A DNA stretch of 64,000 bases from Antedon mediterranea. Taxonomy: Eukaryota; Animalia; Echinodermata. Of this stretch, positions 35,810 through 49,380 are shown piece after piece. How positions within the stretch are numbered: the stretch's first letter is position 1; the number at the start of each line of letters is the position of its first letter. A program made the translations under genes and the position numbers. Under the pieces are notes generated by a model that was not told where the DNA came from, searched no databases, and saw nothing but the letters and a program-made list of their open reading frames with translations. The stretch is taken from positions 15,748,001 to 15,812,000 of the forward strand of contig NC_092672.1 in NCBI RefSeq assembly GCF_964355755.1, given 5' to 3'.

Positions 35810-38378
35810 AACTAAATTTGAACCGTCGTCGAGTTCGGGTTATCCGCGCAAACGCAACATGCACCACATACATTATATAAACGCCGACAATTATTATGCC
35901 ATCCAATGACATGAATTAAATATGTTTACAGTGTTGAATTGTACCTATTTTGTGTCATAAAGAATAACAGTATTTACGGAATACTCTGTATATGTTATAT
36001 ACAGTGTAGCAAAGATGAAATTACGAGACCCATTTTTTAATCCATTTTTTAACTTGATGACATCAAAATGTAATATAAAGATAGAAATTTTAGAAGATAA
36101 TAATCTAAATAATTACATTAATAAAAATGTAAAGAATTTTAGACACAAAAAAGCGAGATACGCGCTATTTTAAAAGCGGTGAATTCTTACGAAAGAGATG
36201 AAAATCTGACCTTTTAATTTCAACTGGCCATATGATGACAACAGATCAGATAGACAAAATGTTAATAGGAATAATTAGCATTGATGAAATTATGTAACCC
36301 ATCTTTTAATCCAATTTTTAACATGATAACGTCATCAAAATGTAACTTAAAGATAGCAATTTTAGAAGACAATCATCTAAATAATTACATTTTAGACACG
36401 AAAAAGTGAGGTGTGCGCTATTTTAAATGCGCTGAATGTTTACGAAAGAGATGAAAATCCGACTATTTGAATTCAACTGGCCATATGACAACGTCATGAT
36501 TTATATCTACAATTCAACAGCTTCTACAATAAGTTTTAATCATACAAGTCACTTTTTATTCGGAGGAGCTATAACAGATTGAAATATACTGTATAGACGA
36601 AATTACTTTATGATGACGGAATAAAAATTGAAATTTTCGTAACTGATGTGAAAGAGAATTGATTGAGAAAGAACATATTATAATCTAGAAGAAAATGGGA
36701 AACGCATTAGCGTGATGCGCTCTATTAAATTGGATTTACTAGTACAAAAGTGAAAAAAATCATGTTTTAAAAATTTGAGTGGCCATATGGTGACGTCAAA
36801 ACATTCGATTTTAGAAATTTTACATGAATTGATATCTACAACTCATCAGCTTCTATAATACATAAATGGGGGTAACCAGCCACCCTGAGGAGCATAACTG
36901 ATTACAAATAGGTATATTTTTGCACAAATTTGCATTTAATTACCTATTCTTTCGCACACGATTTCTAAAGTTTAACGTGCACATGCTTAGTTATTTTGCA
37001 ATTAAAGTTCATCAAAATAAATGAAATCTACTATCAAAAATATGAAAAAAAAAAATCAATACGCCTTGTACAAGATGTGCGTAAAACGCCGACAATTTAG
37101 AAAATGTTGAAATGTTAAAAATGACCTGAAATGTACGCGAAATTGATTAGAAATTAATTTTGCACATTTTGAAATTTCAAATATGCTAATCGCATATTTT
37201 TTTGTGTAGCCAGCTATTTTTACTGTGTCAAAATTTGCATTATTTTATGAAATATACTTTTGTTAAGTTTCATTGAAAAATGAATTTTTGTTCAGAATAA
37301 ATGATCAAACATAAAATTTCATTAAATCGCACGAATAATAATAATAATAATAATAAGATTATACAGCGCACACAAAGTTTCTTGCACTACAGTTAGAGGT
37401 CAATCTTCTGACAAAGATAAACAATCTTATGTTAACAAGAATTAGAGATACGCTAAAAACAAAATTTGTGGAAAGAAAGAAGAACTAGACTTGAACTATA
37501 ATATGTAAAATATAGATGCGCGCTCTTTTAAATGTGATGAACTATGACGCAAAATATGAAAATACGACTTTTTTTATTGACGTCACAACATTTGATTGGC
37601 AAAATGTTCACATTAAATCTACAAACCAATAGCTTCCAGAAAACGTTTTAATAATGATTATCTCTTTTTATTCTGACAAACAGATTGAAATTTACTGTAA
37701 AGGTGAAAATAAGTGACCTACATTATTTAAATTATTATGACGTCATAAAAATTAAAATATTTAATTAATAATTATCTAATTTGACTTGTTTGTATGGCCT
37801 TATTTAAAGTGGAAATGGTCTAAATTGTTTTCAAAATTACTAGGAAAGGCTTGAAAAATATAATTCAAGAGAAAAAACGTTTTTTATACTCCGTGCGCAC
37901 CTTATGCATAAATAATTTCGCGCGAGTAGGAATTTTTGACATGCGCAAAATGTCATCAAACGTGTAAAAAGTTGATTAGAAATTAATTTTGCGCATTTTG
38001 AAATTTTGAATGCGCTTGAGCGCGCAACTTCTCGTGAAACATGCCTTTTTTAATCCATAGAAAGTTTGCCCTTGATATGACTTAAACTTTCACTAAGTAT
38101 CAATACAAAATGACTTTTGGTTTGTAAACTATGATCAATCATTTAAATTCATAAAATCGTGCGTAACTTACGCTGCGCGCCTCTATTAACGTCATATAAC
38201 AAAGTTTCTTGCACATCTACAGCTACAGGTCAATCTTATGACAAAGTATACAATCTTATGTTGACAAGGATGACAGATATGCATGCAACAACATTTGTGG
38301 AAAGAAAGAATAAGGAAGATGAAAAAAAAAAGATCCTGAAAATAACAAGGGGTTATATGCTAAGTGCAGATAACCAAC
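35810..38378 (-). mobile_element. Nested pair of Helentron-like non-autonomous elements
   Basis: Reverse-complement similarity to 60761-62306 at both ends; a second CTAG terminus at about 37485. Confidence 0.65.
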
Positions 38379-38701
38379 AAATCATCATTTAATAATGAAG
38401 GAACAATAATTTTCATCAAAATCTTACATCAAAAAGTCGAAATATTGCTTGTTTAATATCTAAATCATCAATCTGAGTCAATAAAATCGACAACAAGCAT
38501 TGTGTTTAAAAAAGCGACCAGATTTTTTATCAAATACATTTTTGTAATAGTTGTCACGAACTCCGTTTACATAAAATATGTTTATCAGCCATATTTTAAA
38601 TCTGGATGAGGGTCTTGTTACTTGCTAATCAAAGTTACCGAGACGTTCACAAGTCTACTGTTCCAAATATAATAATGTACTGTTCTTAAAACAATGGATG
38701 T

Positions 38702-39082
38702 TGTTAGTGACGCAACGCTTTATTTCTGCTATGTTAAACTGCACCTGACATAATATGTAAATTTCCCGTTCTTTTGTTTCTATTATTCCCTTTTACTGTG
38801 CTGCGCTTGTCGTTGTAATCCTATGCATACCTTTGTATTACACCAGAAAGGCCAGTGATGTAAGTTCATTATTTGCTTCCTTTGATTACTCTCTTTAGCT
38901 TAGTTTAGGCTTAATACCATTTCTATATTTTGCTAATTTAACCTGGATACATTGTAGTTCTTTATTGTATTATTTTGTTACATTTTCAGTTTGAACCACA
39001 ATAAATCAATTGTGAAGTGCAAAACCTGGTTGGAAGTTTTTTTGTTGTATACCGATTAACGTACGACGCTACGAGCGTTACA
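38702..39082 (+). repeat. BEL 5' LTR (381 bp) with candidate intron 38860-38989
   Basis: TGTTAGTGAC...GCGTTACA; GAT|GTAAGT donor, TTTTCAG|TTT acceptor and AATAAA at about 39000. Confidence 0.93.
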
Positions 39083-39096
39083 GTTCAAAATCAAGA

Positions 39097-41798
39097 ATGT
39101 CTCATACAGAATCTGAGGTTGCACGTATGAAGTCTAAGCGTGGATACGCTAGGGGAGCTGTTACCCGAATTATGGGTACCGTGCAGAAATTGATGGCAAG
39201 AAAGGAAAACCTTTCCCAAGTCCATGAACGAATGGAGGAGGTGGGAACCTTGACGGAAGCGTTTGCAGCTGCACATGCAGACTATGTAATGTTGTTAAAG
39301 GATGAGGAGGCCAAGCAGGAAGCGGAGGTTTATCGGAGAGAATTTGTCACGAGAATAAACGACTTCTGTGATGATATCGGCACATGGATCGCCAGTGTTG
39401 AGCACTCTGAGCAACATAAGTCTGTTTCGGAAGTTGGCAGCCGCTTTCACTAATTTTAACCACATAAAGTGCCTTGGATGAAGCGAGAGCTAAGGCTAGG
39501 GCGGAGAAAGCTGCACTTGAAGCTGAAATACAAGGCTTGGTGGAGCAAAAATCTTTAGAACAAGAGCAATTCAAATTGAGACGAATAAAACAGGCGCGCC
39601 AGATGGAACTTGAAACCCAGCGTTTTCAGGCCGAGATGAAATTGGCGCTAGAAGATCATCACGCAATGATTGAGATGGGAAGACAAGAGTTGGAGCTCGA
39701 TCATCGCCGTCGAGAGATGGAATTAAGTGCTAAAATGGCAAAAGCTGATGCAGTCCAGAAGGTCTACACCGAAGTTATTGAGACTGAAACTCAACCACGT
39801 TATCATTCTACACCGGAAGATTTAGTCCTACCAACTATACACCTACCTTCATTTGATGGCCGACATCTCGATGCGTCAAGGTTTGAACGCAACCCATCTA
39901 AACCCACTGAACCGATACTCCAAACACCTAAAGCAGACGATCCTTCAGTTAGAAAAAAGTCTGATTCACCAGCACTAAATACATTGCACCAACCGGAAGA
40001 ATTGTCGAATACCATATGCCAGATGTTAGCCGATTCTCGATTACACCAGCAATCTCTTGTGGAGGCTTTACATCTAACGAAAAATGAGCTACCGATGTTT
40101 GATGGTGACCCGCTGCATTACTGGTCCTTTATTAGAGCATTTGACAATGCTATAGACAGAAAATCAACGGACGATGGAGCAAAGCTTATATCCCTGTTGC
40201 AGTTTTGTACCGGAAAGGCCAAAACCTTACTACAGTGCTGTCTAATGAAGGAACCAGCTGAAGGTTATCGTCTGGCAAAAAAATTGTTAAAGGAAAGATT
40301 TGGCAATAACGACAACATAGCACAAGCCTGGATCGACAAAATAACAAAAAGAAAGAACGTTAGAGACGAACTTGACCTACAAGATTTCGCGGATGACATA
40401 AGATGTTGTCAGGAAACGTTAGAATCAATGGGATATTTAAGTGAGCTTGAAAACCGTAGAAGTCTTTGTAAGATAGCTGAGAAGTTACCAAATTATTTAA
40501 AAACACGTTGGCTAAAGAAAAATTATGATATTAAAACTAAGATGAAACAAGCTCCAAATTTAGATGACATGGTAAAATTTATCACTGCTGCTGCTGAGGA
40601 AGCAAATGATCCGATCTTTGGCAAGTTGGTTCGCAAGGATCGACGTGATAAACAGAAGCAGAATACAAGCTATAGTGCGCAGTCCATACATATTCCTTCA
40701 TCAAAAAAGCCTGAGGTACCACCTGTAAACCCACCTAAAGAAGATGAACACTGTGTATACTGTGGACATAATCACTATGTTACGTTCTGCAAATCATTCA
40801 AAGCTCTGCGGGTTAAAGACAGGCTAGCATTTGTTCAGTCGAAGCGGTTATGCGTTAATTGTTTTAAACCTGGGCACATAGGAAAGGAGTGTTTGCGTCA
40901 AATTACTTGCGACATAGATGACTGTGGTAAGAAACACAGCAAATATTTGCATATTCCACGTTACGTAACCAATTCTCCACCTAATCCACCTAACTCTTCA
41001 CCTCATCCACCTATCCCTACAGTGACTACAGCACCAACTACCACCGCCACTCCTCTGATGCAAGCGGCATTAGTTCAAGGAAACAGCAAGTTTATTCAAG
41101 CAAATCGTGAAAGGGTGGCGTTGCCGATTGTTGCCGTCCGTGTACGTGGCAAAGATCCGAATTCATATGTTGACACTTATGCTTTAATAGATACAGGCGG
41201 AACATCTAGTTACTGTACTGAGGAATTAGCTGACAGACTACAAGTGATAAGGCAGAAGTGTACGGCGGAGCTTACTACAATTGAACAGAAAAATATTTTG
41301 ATAAATACGGAGCTGATAAGCCTTAACCTGTCCAATTTAGAAAACACATACACTGCACGTATGCCACAAATAATAGTGAGACCCTCTCTCAACCTAGGCC
41401 TAGATAATCTAGCATGCCATGAAGACTTGATAAAGTGGCCTCATCTTGCCGATATACAGTTACCACCAATTCTGGACGTAGCAGAAGTTCAGCTTCTCAT
41501 TGGCCAAGATATGCCAGAACTATTGTGTCCACAAGAAGTGCGTAAAGGCAAGCCTGGCAAACCGTATGGAGTATGGACAGCTCTGGGCTGGGCAATAAAT
41601 GGCCCAATCAATAAAGATGTTAATCAGCCTCGATCAAGTCACCATGTGCAACTTAAAGCAACCTATGAACAGTCTGGTAGCTGTTGGAAGCTGAATACAA
41701 GTAATCCCAGCGCCGAAACTACCTTATCCATCAATGATCACAGGGTATTGCACATATGGGAAGACTCCATTAGTCTAAAGATGGCCACTATTCCATGA
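39097..41798 (+). pseudogene. BEL gag + aspartic protease (in-frame stop at 39451-39453)
   Basis: Coiled-coil N-terminus, FDGDPLHYWSF, three Cys/His knuckles (CVYC..H..C, CVNC....H....C, CDIDDC...H....H) and protease ALIDTGG. Confidence 0.9.
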
Positions 41799-42293
41799 AT
41801 ATTCCATTCTAGCACAGACCACCAAACCTACCTGATAATCGTCAGATGGTAGACCGTAGATTGTACCTGTTGGGTAAACGATTGTATGGGTCATCATTTT
41901 TCCACCATAGGAACCGCAGTGCGTCACGATCAGCGGGATTTACAACAACTTGGTGAAACATGCCTTACGGTTTGCCAGCCCAGAGCTGTCCATACTCCAT
42001 ACGGTTTGCCAGGCTTGCCTTTACGCACTTCTTGTGGACACAATAGTTCTGGCATATCTTGGCCAATGAGAAGCTGAACTTCTGCTACTTCCTGTACATA
42101 TCCGTAAAAATTATGAGACATTTAGTCAAGTTGAATTTAAACATCTTGTATAACTTCTATTGTACATAGTTTTAATATTGCTTTTACTTTTATTTTTCTT
42201 GTTTTTTTTTCCAAATCTGGACCTCTTGGGAGACCAGTACTTGTGTATTGAAAGAGCTATTCCAGAATAAAGAAAGATTTGTATTGTATAGTT

Positions 42294-45200
42294 CTGAAGA
42301 AAAAATACGTAACTGAAATTCATAAACTACTTGCTGATCGACACGCAGAACTTGTTCCAGAAGAAGACCTCTGCAGAGCTGACGGTTGTGTATGGTACCT
42401 CCCCATCACCCGGTGTTTAACCCCAAGAAGCCGGACAAATGCCGAATTGTCTTTGATTGTGCTGCTAGGGCAAATGGCACCTCGTTAAATGATCAGGTAC
42501 ACCAAGGACCAGATTTGACCAATAAACTAATCGGCGTCCTCCTTCGTTTCCGACTGTTGCGTTTACAGCCGATATCCAAGGCATGTTTCACCAAGTTGTT
42601 GTAAATCCCGCTGATCGTGACGCACTGCGGTTCCTATGGTGGAAAAATGATGACCCATACAACGTGCCTTTAGAGTATAGAATGACTGTTCATTTATTTG
42701 GAGGAGTTTGGAGCCCAAGTTGCGCCAATTATGCTGTTCATCGGACTGTCGAGGATAACGCAAGTGAATACAGCAATGCTGCAAGGCAGACAATTAAACG
42801 TAACTTTTACGTAGACGATTGCTTAAAGTCTGTAGCGTCTGTTGACGAAGCCATATATCTCATGAAGTTAAAAGACTATTGCAGTGTGGAGGGTTTCACC
42901 TCAACAAGTGGATGTCGAATAGCCGGGAGGTTATCTATTCTCTACCTCAAGATGAGTGGGCCACAGGATTAAAGAACATTAGTTTCGACAGCTTACCATG
43001 TGAGCGAGTCCTTGGAATGCTTTGGAATATTGAGCAAGACAAGTTCCAATACGATATTCAAGTTGCTGTTAAACCTATGACACGTCGCGGAGTGCTAAGT
43101 ATACTCAACTCTGTGTACGATCCACTTGGTTATGCAGGACCCTATGTACTGCGAGGAAAGATGATATTTCAGCAACTATGCCACTGCAAATACGACTGGG
43201 ATGATCCCATACCAACTGAGAGTGCTGATCAGTGGAATCGATGGCTCATTGACCTTCCTACTATAATGGATCTGAAAGTACCACGTTATTTTAAGCCCAT
43301 TGGGCTTCGCATCAAATCCAGCCAACTACATCATTTTGTCGACGCATCCGAAGCTGGATACGGGGCAGTAACGTATCTTAGAATGATAGATTCCTACGAT
43401 AAAAGCCATTGTAGTATTTTGATGTCCAAATCGAGACTTGCACCTTTGAATACCACAACCATCCCAAGGTTGGAGTTACCGCAGCCGTCGAAGCAATCAA
43501 GTTAGACAAGTTGTTGCTGCGTGAGCTAGAAATTCCGCTGTTGGAATCCACCTTTTGGTCGGACAGCATGATCGTTTTATGGTATATTCAAAATGATGAG
43601 CGTCGCTTCCAGACTTACGTAGCAAACCGTCTTTCGGTAATCCAGGAACATAGTTTTCCGCACCAATGGCGATACATTGACACAAAGAGTAACCCTGGAG
43701 ATGATGCATCCCGAGGTTTGACTGCAAGCAAGCTGGTTAATAACCGCAGATGGGTTAGCGGACCATCATTCCTGTGGAAAAATGAAGAAAGATGGCCAAC
43801 TCAACTTAAATGCGCAGAACTCAAAGCAAGGGCGGAAATTAAAAAATCGTCAAAAATCTACACAGTTGTGACAAATAATAACGCTGCTGTCGACCAACTC
43901 TTAAAACGATACTCTTCCTGGTACCGGCTAAAGCGAGCTGTGGCATGGATTATGCGCTTCAAAACCTTTATGTTGAAACCTGCATGCCTAATTACTGGGA
44001 AACTAACGGTAAACGAGCTTAAGAAAGCAGAAGAATCCATCATCCGGTATATTCAAACAAATAGCCTGAAGCCTGAGCAGATTAATTCGCTTAAAAGGTT
44101 GAATCCTATCCTGACAGAAGACGGTCTGTGGCGTGTGGGAGGTAGATTAGAAAAGGCAAATGTATCATACCAAACCAAGCATCAAGTGTTGCTACCAGCA
44201 AATCACCATGTTACTAAGTTAATTGTCGAACATCACCACTTGAGAACGGGTCATGCTGGAGCTGAACACACTTTGGCTGAAACCAGACTAAAGTATTGGA
44301 TTGTTCGAGGTCGCCCCACCGTGAAAGGTATCTTGTCCAAATTTATAACATGCAGGAAGTTGAGAGCAAGAACAGAAACACAAATGATGGGAAATCTTCC
44401 TGAAGCCCGGGTTAAATCAAATGAAACGCCGTTCAATAGAGTAGGTATCGACTACTTTGGACTGTTTATAATAAAAAGAGCCCGTAGCGAATTGAAAAGA
44501 TACGGATGTATCTTCACTTGCCTCGCCACTCGAGCCATTCACTTAGAGGTTTCACACACTTTGGACACCGACTCGTTCATTAATGCCTTACAACGCTTTA
44601 TTGCACGTCGGGGCGAGCCAGCCGAAATTCGCTCAGATAACGGCAGGAACTTAGTAGGTGCTCAACTGCAATTAAAGCAAGCACTTAAAGGATGGAACCA
44701 ACATAAGATAGGTGACTTCTTGCAACAAAAGGAAATCGAGTGGATATTTAATACTCCTACTGCGTCACATATGGGTGGAGCCTGGGAGAGGCAAATTCGT
44801 ACGGTGCGTTCCGTGCTGCGTGGCGTATTGGGTCAGCAGAAACTGGATGATGAAGGATTATCAACACTGATGTGCATAGTAGAAAGCATAGTGAACAGTC
44901 GTCCCATAACTAAACTTTCCAGTGATCCAGATGATCCCTCGCCCCTTACACCTAACCACCTATTGCTTATGCATGCTGGACCATCATTACCTCCTGGCAT
45001 GTTCGTTAACCAAGACTTGTATAAGCGTTGTTGGCGTCAAATTCAGTATATGGCGGACATCTTTTGGAAACGATGGTTAAGTGAATATCTTCCTGCCCTA
45101 CAACAGCGCCAGAAATGGTTAAAACCAAGAAGAAATCTACGGCAAGGGGACCTGGTTCTAATGAAAGCAGAGAACACACCTCGTTACCAATGGCCTTTAG

Positions 45201-45322
45201 GATTGATCACCAAGATTTACCCCGGCACCGACGGACGGGTTCGTTCTGTTGAAGTTAAAACCCAAACGGGTGTATATGATAGGCCAATTGTTAAAATTTG
45301 CTTACTAGAAGGATGTATGTAA
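42294..45322 (+). pseudogene. BEL pol: RT, RNase H, integrase (frameshifted)
   Basis: [83 protein letters not shown]. Confidence 0.92.
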
Positions 45323-45485
45323 TTAAATGTAGTTAGATTCAGAAAATCAGACAATTAATGATACACCATAATATTGATAAATTCTTAATTTTGCAAATCC
45401 GTGCTAAAAACATGGCACTGGGTTACTTATTATTTATTACTTGATATGAAAAATACATTATGTATACAATGTATTGGGGCCGGGG

Positions 45486-45890
45486 TGTTAGTGACGCAAC
45501 GCTTTATTTCTGCTATGTTAAACTGCACCTGACATAATATGTAAATTTCCCGTTCTTTTGTTTCTATTATTCCCTTTTACTGTGCTGCGCTTGTCGTTGT
45601 CGTTCTTTTCATTTCGTGCACGGTAATCCTATGCATACCTTTGTATTACACCAGACAGGCCAGTGATGTAAGTTTGTTATTTGCTTCCTTTCATTACTCT
45701 CTTTAGCTTAGTTTAGGCTTAATACCATTTCTACATTTTGCTAATTTAACCTGGATACATTGTAGTTCTTTATTGTATTATTTTGTTACATTTTCAGTTT
45801 GAACCACAATAAATCAATTGTGAAGTGCAAAACCTGATTGGAAGTTTTTTTGTTGTATACTGATTAACGTACGACGCTACGAGCGTTACA
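45486..45890 (+). repeat. BEL 3' LTR (405 bp) with candidate intron 45668-45797
   Basis: Near-identical to the 5' LTR with an extra 24 bp at about 45600-45623. Confidence 0.93.
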
Positions 45891-45974
45891 GATGTGTACT
45901 TACGATTAAACAAAACGTAGATCCACGGCTTCCGTAAAATATCACAGTATCGTAAGTACCGCTTCCACAAAATA

Positions 45975-47110
45975 TATTTTATTTTTATTTTATTTTATTT
46001 CTTCAAAACGAACAGCAACGAAAGTTGCCACTTAAAGGTATGAAACATAAAACAGATACAATAAATACTCTATATATGAAGCAAACTTAAATGAATAAGT
46101 CAATAGTAAAAAAAAGCCTATTGAGCATGATTATTTAAAAAAAGAATACAATGAGTCTTGAATGAAGAAAAAATCAACATTTGCATTAGACTCACTTAAG
46201 TGGTTATACAAGGAAGGCAAGCGTGTCTGAAACCCCCTTTTCGAGACATTTACTCTATTAAACGGAACATAGAAAGTGGACTTGACTCTGGTTTTACGAG
46301 AAGGAGAATGTAAACTAAAAAGAGAACAACAGTCGCATCTAAACAGACAATTGACACTCTTATAAAGGAACATTAAATCAGACATACTTCTTCTAGACTT
46401 GAGAGGCTCACGACAATTATCAACATCAAAACGTTTGCAAAGAAACCTAACAAACTTATTTTGAACACGTTGAAGCCTGTGGCATGAATATCAGAAATTG
46501 AATTAAAAATAACAGAGGATAATTCTAAATTAGGTCTAACAAGCATTTTGAAGAAATTAACAAGGGGTAGCCAATTCCCCTACAGTGTCTCCAAATGAAG
46601 CCAACCATTCTATACTATTACTAACAATGTGGTCAATATGCTTGGAAAATAAATGTTTAGAATCAAAGAATATTCCCAGATCCTTATGGTATTGGACTTT
46701 GTCCAAGTTCTGATTATTAATTTGATAAATAAACAAAATGGGTTTTGATTTAAGAGTAATAGTAATTGACTTACATTTGGAGGCATTGAGTTTCATACCC
46801 CAAGATTAGACCACTGCACTAGACCATCCAAATCCTCCTGTAGTAATACTGCATCGTCATTAGAAGAAATAATACGATATAATTTAATATCATCCGCAAA
46901 TAAAAGAAACTTGGAAAATTTAGGAATTATGGTAAAATCGTTGATAAAAATGTTAAATAATAAAGGACCCAACACTGAGCCCTGCGGAACACCAGAAAGA
47001 ATAGGTAACCAATTTGACAATTGACCCTCAACAAGAACTCTCTGCTGCCTTCCACTCACGTAAGATGATAGTAGCTGGTGTAGTTTGCCAATGATACCAA
47101 ATCTGTTCAA
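45975..47110 (-). mobile_element. 5'-truncated CR1/Jockey-group LINE
   Basis: SGVPQGSVLGPLLFNIFIND, FADDIKLY, MKLNASKCK, KDLGIFFD; (TAAAA)n tail at about 45975-46000. Confidence 0.85.
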
Positions 47111-47899
47111 CAGTACAGTTGATCCTAAAACAGCCACCAATCTATGGCAAAATACAGTAGATCAAACCCACTGCTACCAAAAAATATCACAACAGTACTG
47201 TAGATAAATCCACAGTTAAGTCGAACAGTAGATCGAAATAACCGCTGCCACCAAATTATGTCACAAACTCCCTTTACGGTTCCTGATTATTCTTATTAAT
47301 TTTAAATGGTTTCTTAAATCAAAACATCTTATTCTAGAATGTTCATGTAGATACTTAGATGTTACTGTATATGTTAAGGAATGGTAATTTATTAAATAGT
47401 GAAAAATACAAATCTCTCAAATAACATTAACCTCGAAGTCTCCAATTTATTAAATAGAATATCATTAAAAGCATTGTTAAATGAAGGACAATAATTAAAA
47501 CGTTTGCGTTAAAAAGTTGAGCAGCGTATTTTTGTAAGAAATATTTCTTATGTTCACACTACCATTTAACCAGTTTAAAAATGTTTTCCTTTTCTGTTGC
47601 AAAAAAAATGAGGGTAATTCACACGGTTATTAACCAGTCATTTCTTTTATATACTATGATAAATCTATCATTGTAAAGTTGAAAAAACTGTTGGTAATGA
47701 TCTATGGTATCAAATTAATTAATAATAGAACATTAAAAGTCTGTGTGATTTACTTTGAGTAGTCATTGTTCTTTGTGTGTTTTAAACTGCTCTAATCAAA
47801 TTTCCAAAAAATTACATACGATGTCGATAGAAGTCTTTCTATTTCATTTCAACAATTTAATGATTTTTGCTGTTGAAAAGTGAAGGGGACAAGGATCTG

Positions 47900-48220
47900 C
47901 GCCAGTGTACCTAGCATATTTGGCTAAACTAACATTAAAGATGCATTCAGTTTGATACCCCTACAACATTCACACACACAGTACCACCTCACAGGTTTCT
48001 CATAGGATTATATTAACTATATTACGACAAAGTACTACAAGGTTGTGGGTCATCATGTAATATTTTTCATCATAACATCATTCTCAGATGCAATAAAATG
48101 GATCCTAACAGATAAGCTTGAATTCAAACAAGTAGTTAAAATACTTGACGACTTCCTACTTATTGGGAAAAATCGAAATGAATGCCAGAGGTCACTAAAC
48201 TCTTTTCTCCTATTGCTGAA
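47900..48220 (+). pseudogene. Ngaro/DIRS-type RT fragment
   Basis: AYLAK..IKDAFSLIP, YYYDK, FSDAIKWIL...VVKILDDFLLIG...C...L..F. Confidence 0.55.
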
Positions 48221-48394
48221 CTTTATAAATGGTTAAGTTTTGCCATTGCCAGGTAGCGTACTGTAGCAGGCCCTACTAGGATACACATTCAGTGGCGTTT
48301 ATATTTACCACCTATGCCTAGGTATAATATTAATATATATTACTGAATGTGTATCCTTAGTAGGCATGTTTATACTACGACGATAACTATTATA

Positions 48395-49296
48395 CAGATA
48401 TTGACTGCTTAGGTTAAATATAAGATTTGACATCCCCGAGGGAATGATATTTAGTTCGAGGGAATATATATTTCCCGAAGCGCCAGCTGAGGGAAATATA
48501 TATTCCCCGAGAACTTAATATCATCATATTCATATCTGTTATATTATATAGCCAAGAACAAGTCTGCTGGGTTGGGTGAAGCTAGGCTAGGCCTCCTATA
48601 GTATTTGTATTGTATTTAAACAAGCCTGCATAGACACCTTACCTTGCGAAGAATAATATACAGATAATTACTAATTAATGATTCCTTGGCAATAAAATAT
48701 TCACTTAGGCCTAGGTCGTTTATATTAACAGAAGAATTTCCATCAATAAGCCTATTAAAAATAATATTATAATCAGGTAGGCCGAATAAACAATTCGTCT
48801 TCTTCTCGATCTTCGAGGAGCCGAATCACCGGATGTTCAGCGCGTACTAGTTACTAGGTTACTACCGTGAGTATTGACCAATCACAAACGGTGTTTCATC
48901 ACATTTAGGGTGGACTTATAACAAATGAGGGCGTTATGTATGCATAGTTTAAATAGTTCAGTTATTAATTTCTTCAAGCAACTTCCGTGGCGCAGCGGTT
49001 GAAGCGTTGTCTCTTGTGATGGAGTGACAATTTAATCGTGAGTTCAAGACCCAGTAGATGACTTTTGTTTATTTATCGGCAAACGCGAGTATTGCCACAC
49101 GAAAATTACAGTCAATATCATCGTACTCGAGAATTTATAGGATTAATGACAGGGACACGATAATTACGCAAAAATTACTCAGTCAATATCATCGTTCTCG
49201 AGGATATATACGATTTACGATCCTCACAGCGGTAGTCATGTGATGCAGTTTCAACCAATCACGTTCGCATATTTAAATAGGCTATGTAATATAACT
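48395..49296. mobile_element. Non-autonomous element with terminal hairpin (Crypton-like, tentative) and internal tRNA-like boxes
   Basis: Hairpin GGGAATATATATTTCCC-gaagcgccagctga-GGGAAATATATATTCCC; inverted repeat GTTATATTATATAGCC (about 48538) / GGCTATGTAATATAAC (about 49280); A/B-box-like 48983-49052. Confidence 0.4.
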
Positions 49297-49380
49297 GTAT
49301 ATTGTACACGATAATCGTTTTAACGCCACATCGCGTTTACACTACATACGCGCGCGACATTCGCCTTTTGTTTTACAATC

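Larger units (their letters stand above)
38702..45890 (+). mobile_element. Full-length BEL/Pao LTR retrotransposon with 5-bp TSD GATGT
   Basis: LTRs 38702-39082 and 45486-45890 (TG...CA), GATGT at 38697-38701 and 45891-45895, PPT-like GGGGCCGGGG, and gag-PR-RT-RH-IN order. Confidence 0.95.

Noticed and set aside
48983-49055. tRNA gene
   Set aside because: A/B boxes are present but I cannot fold a proper acceptor stem or cloverleaf.
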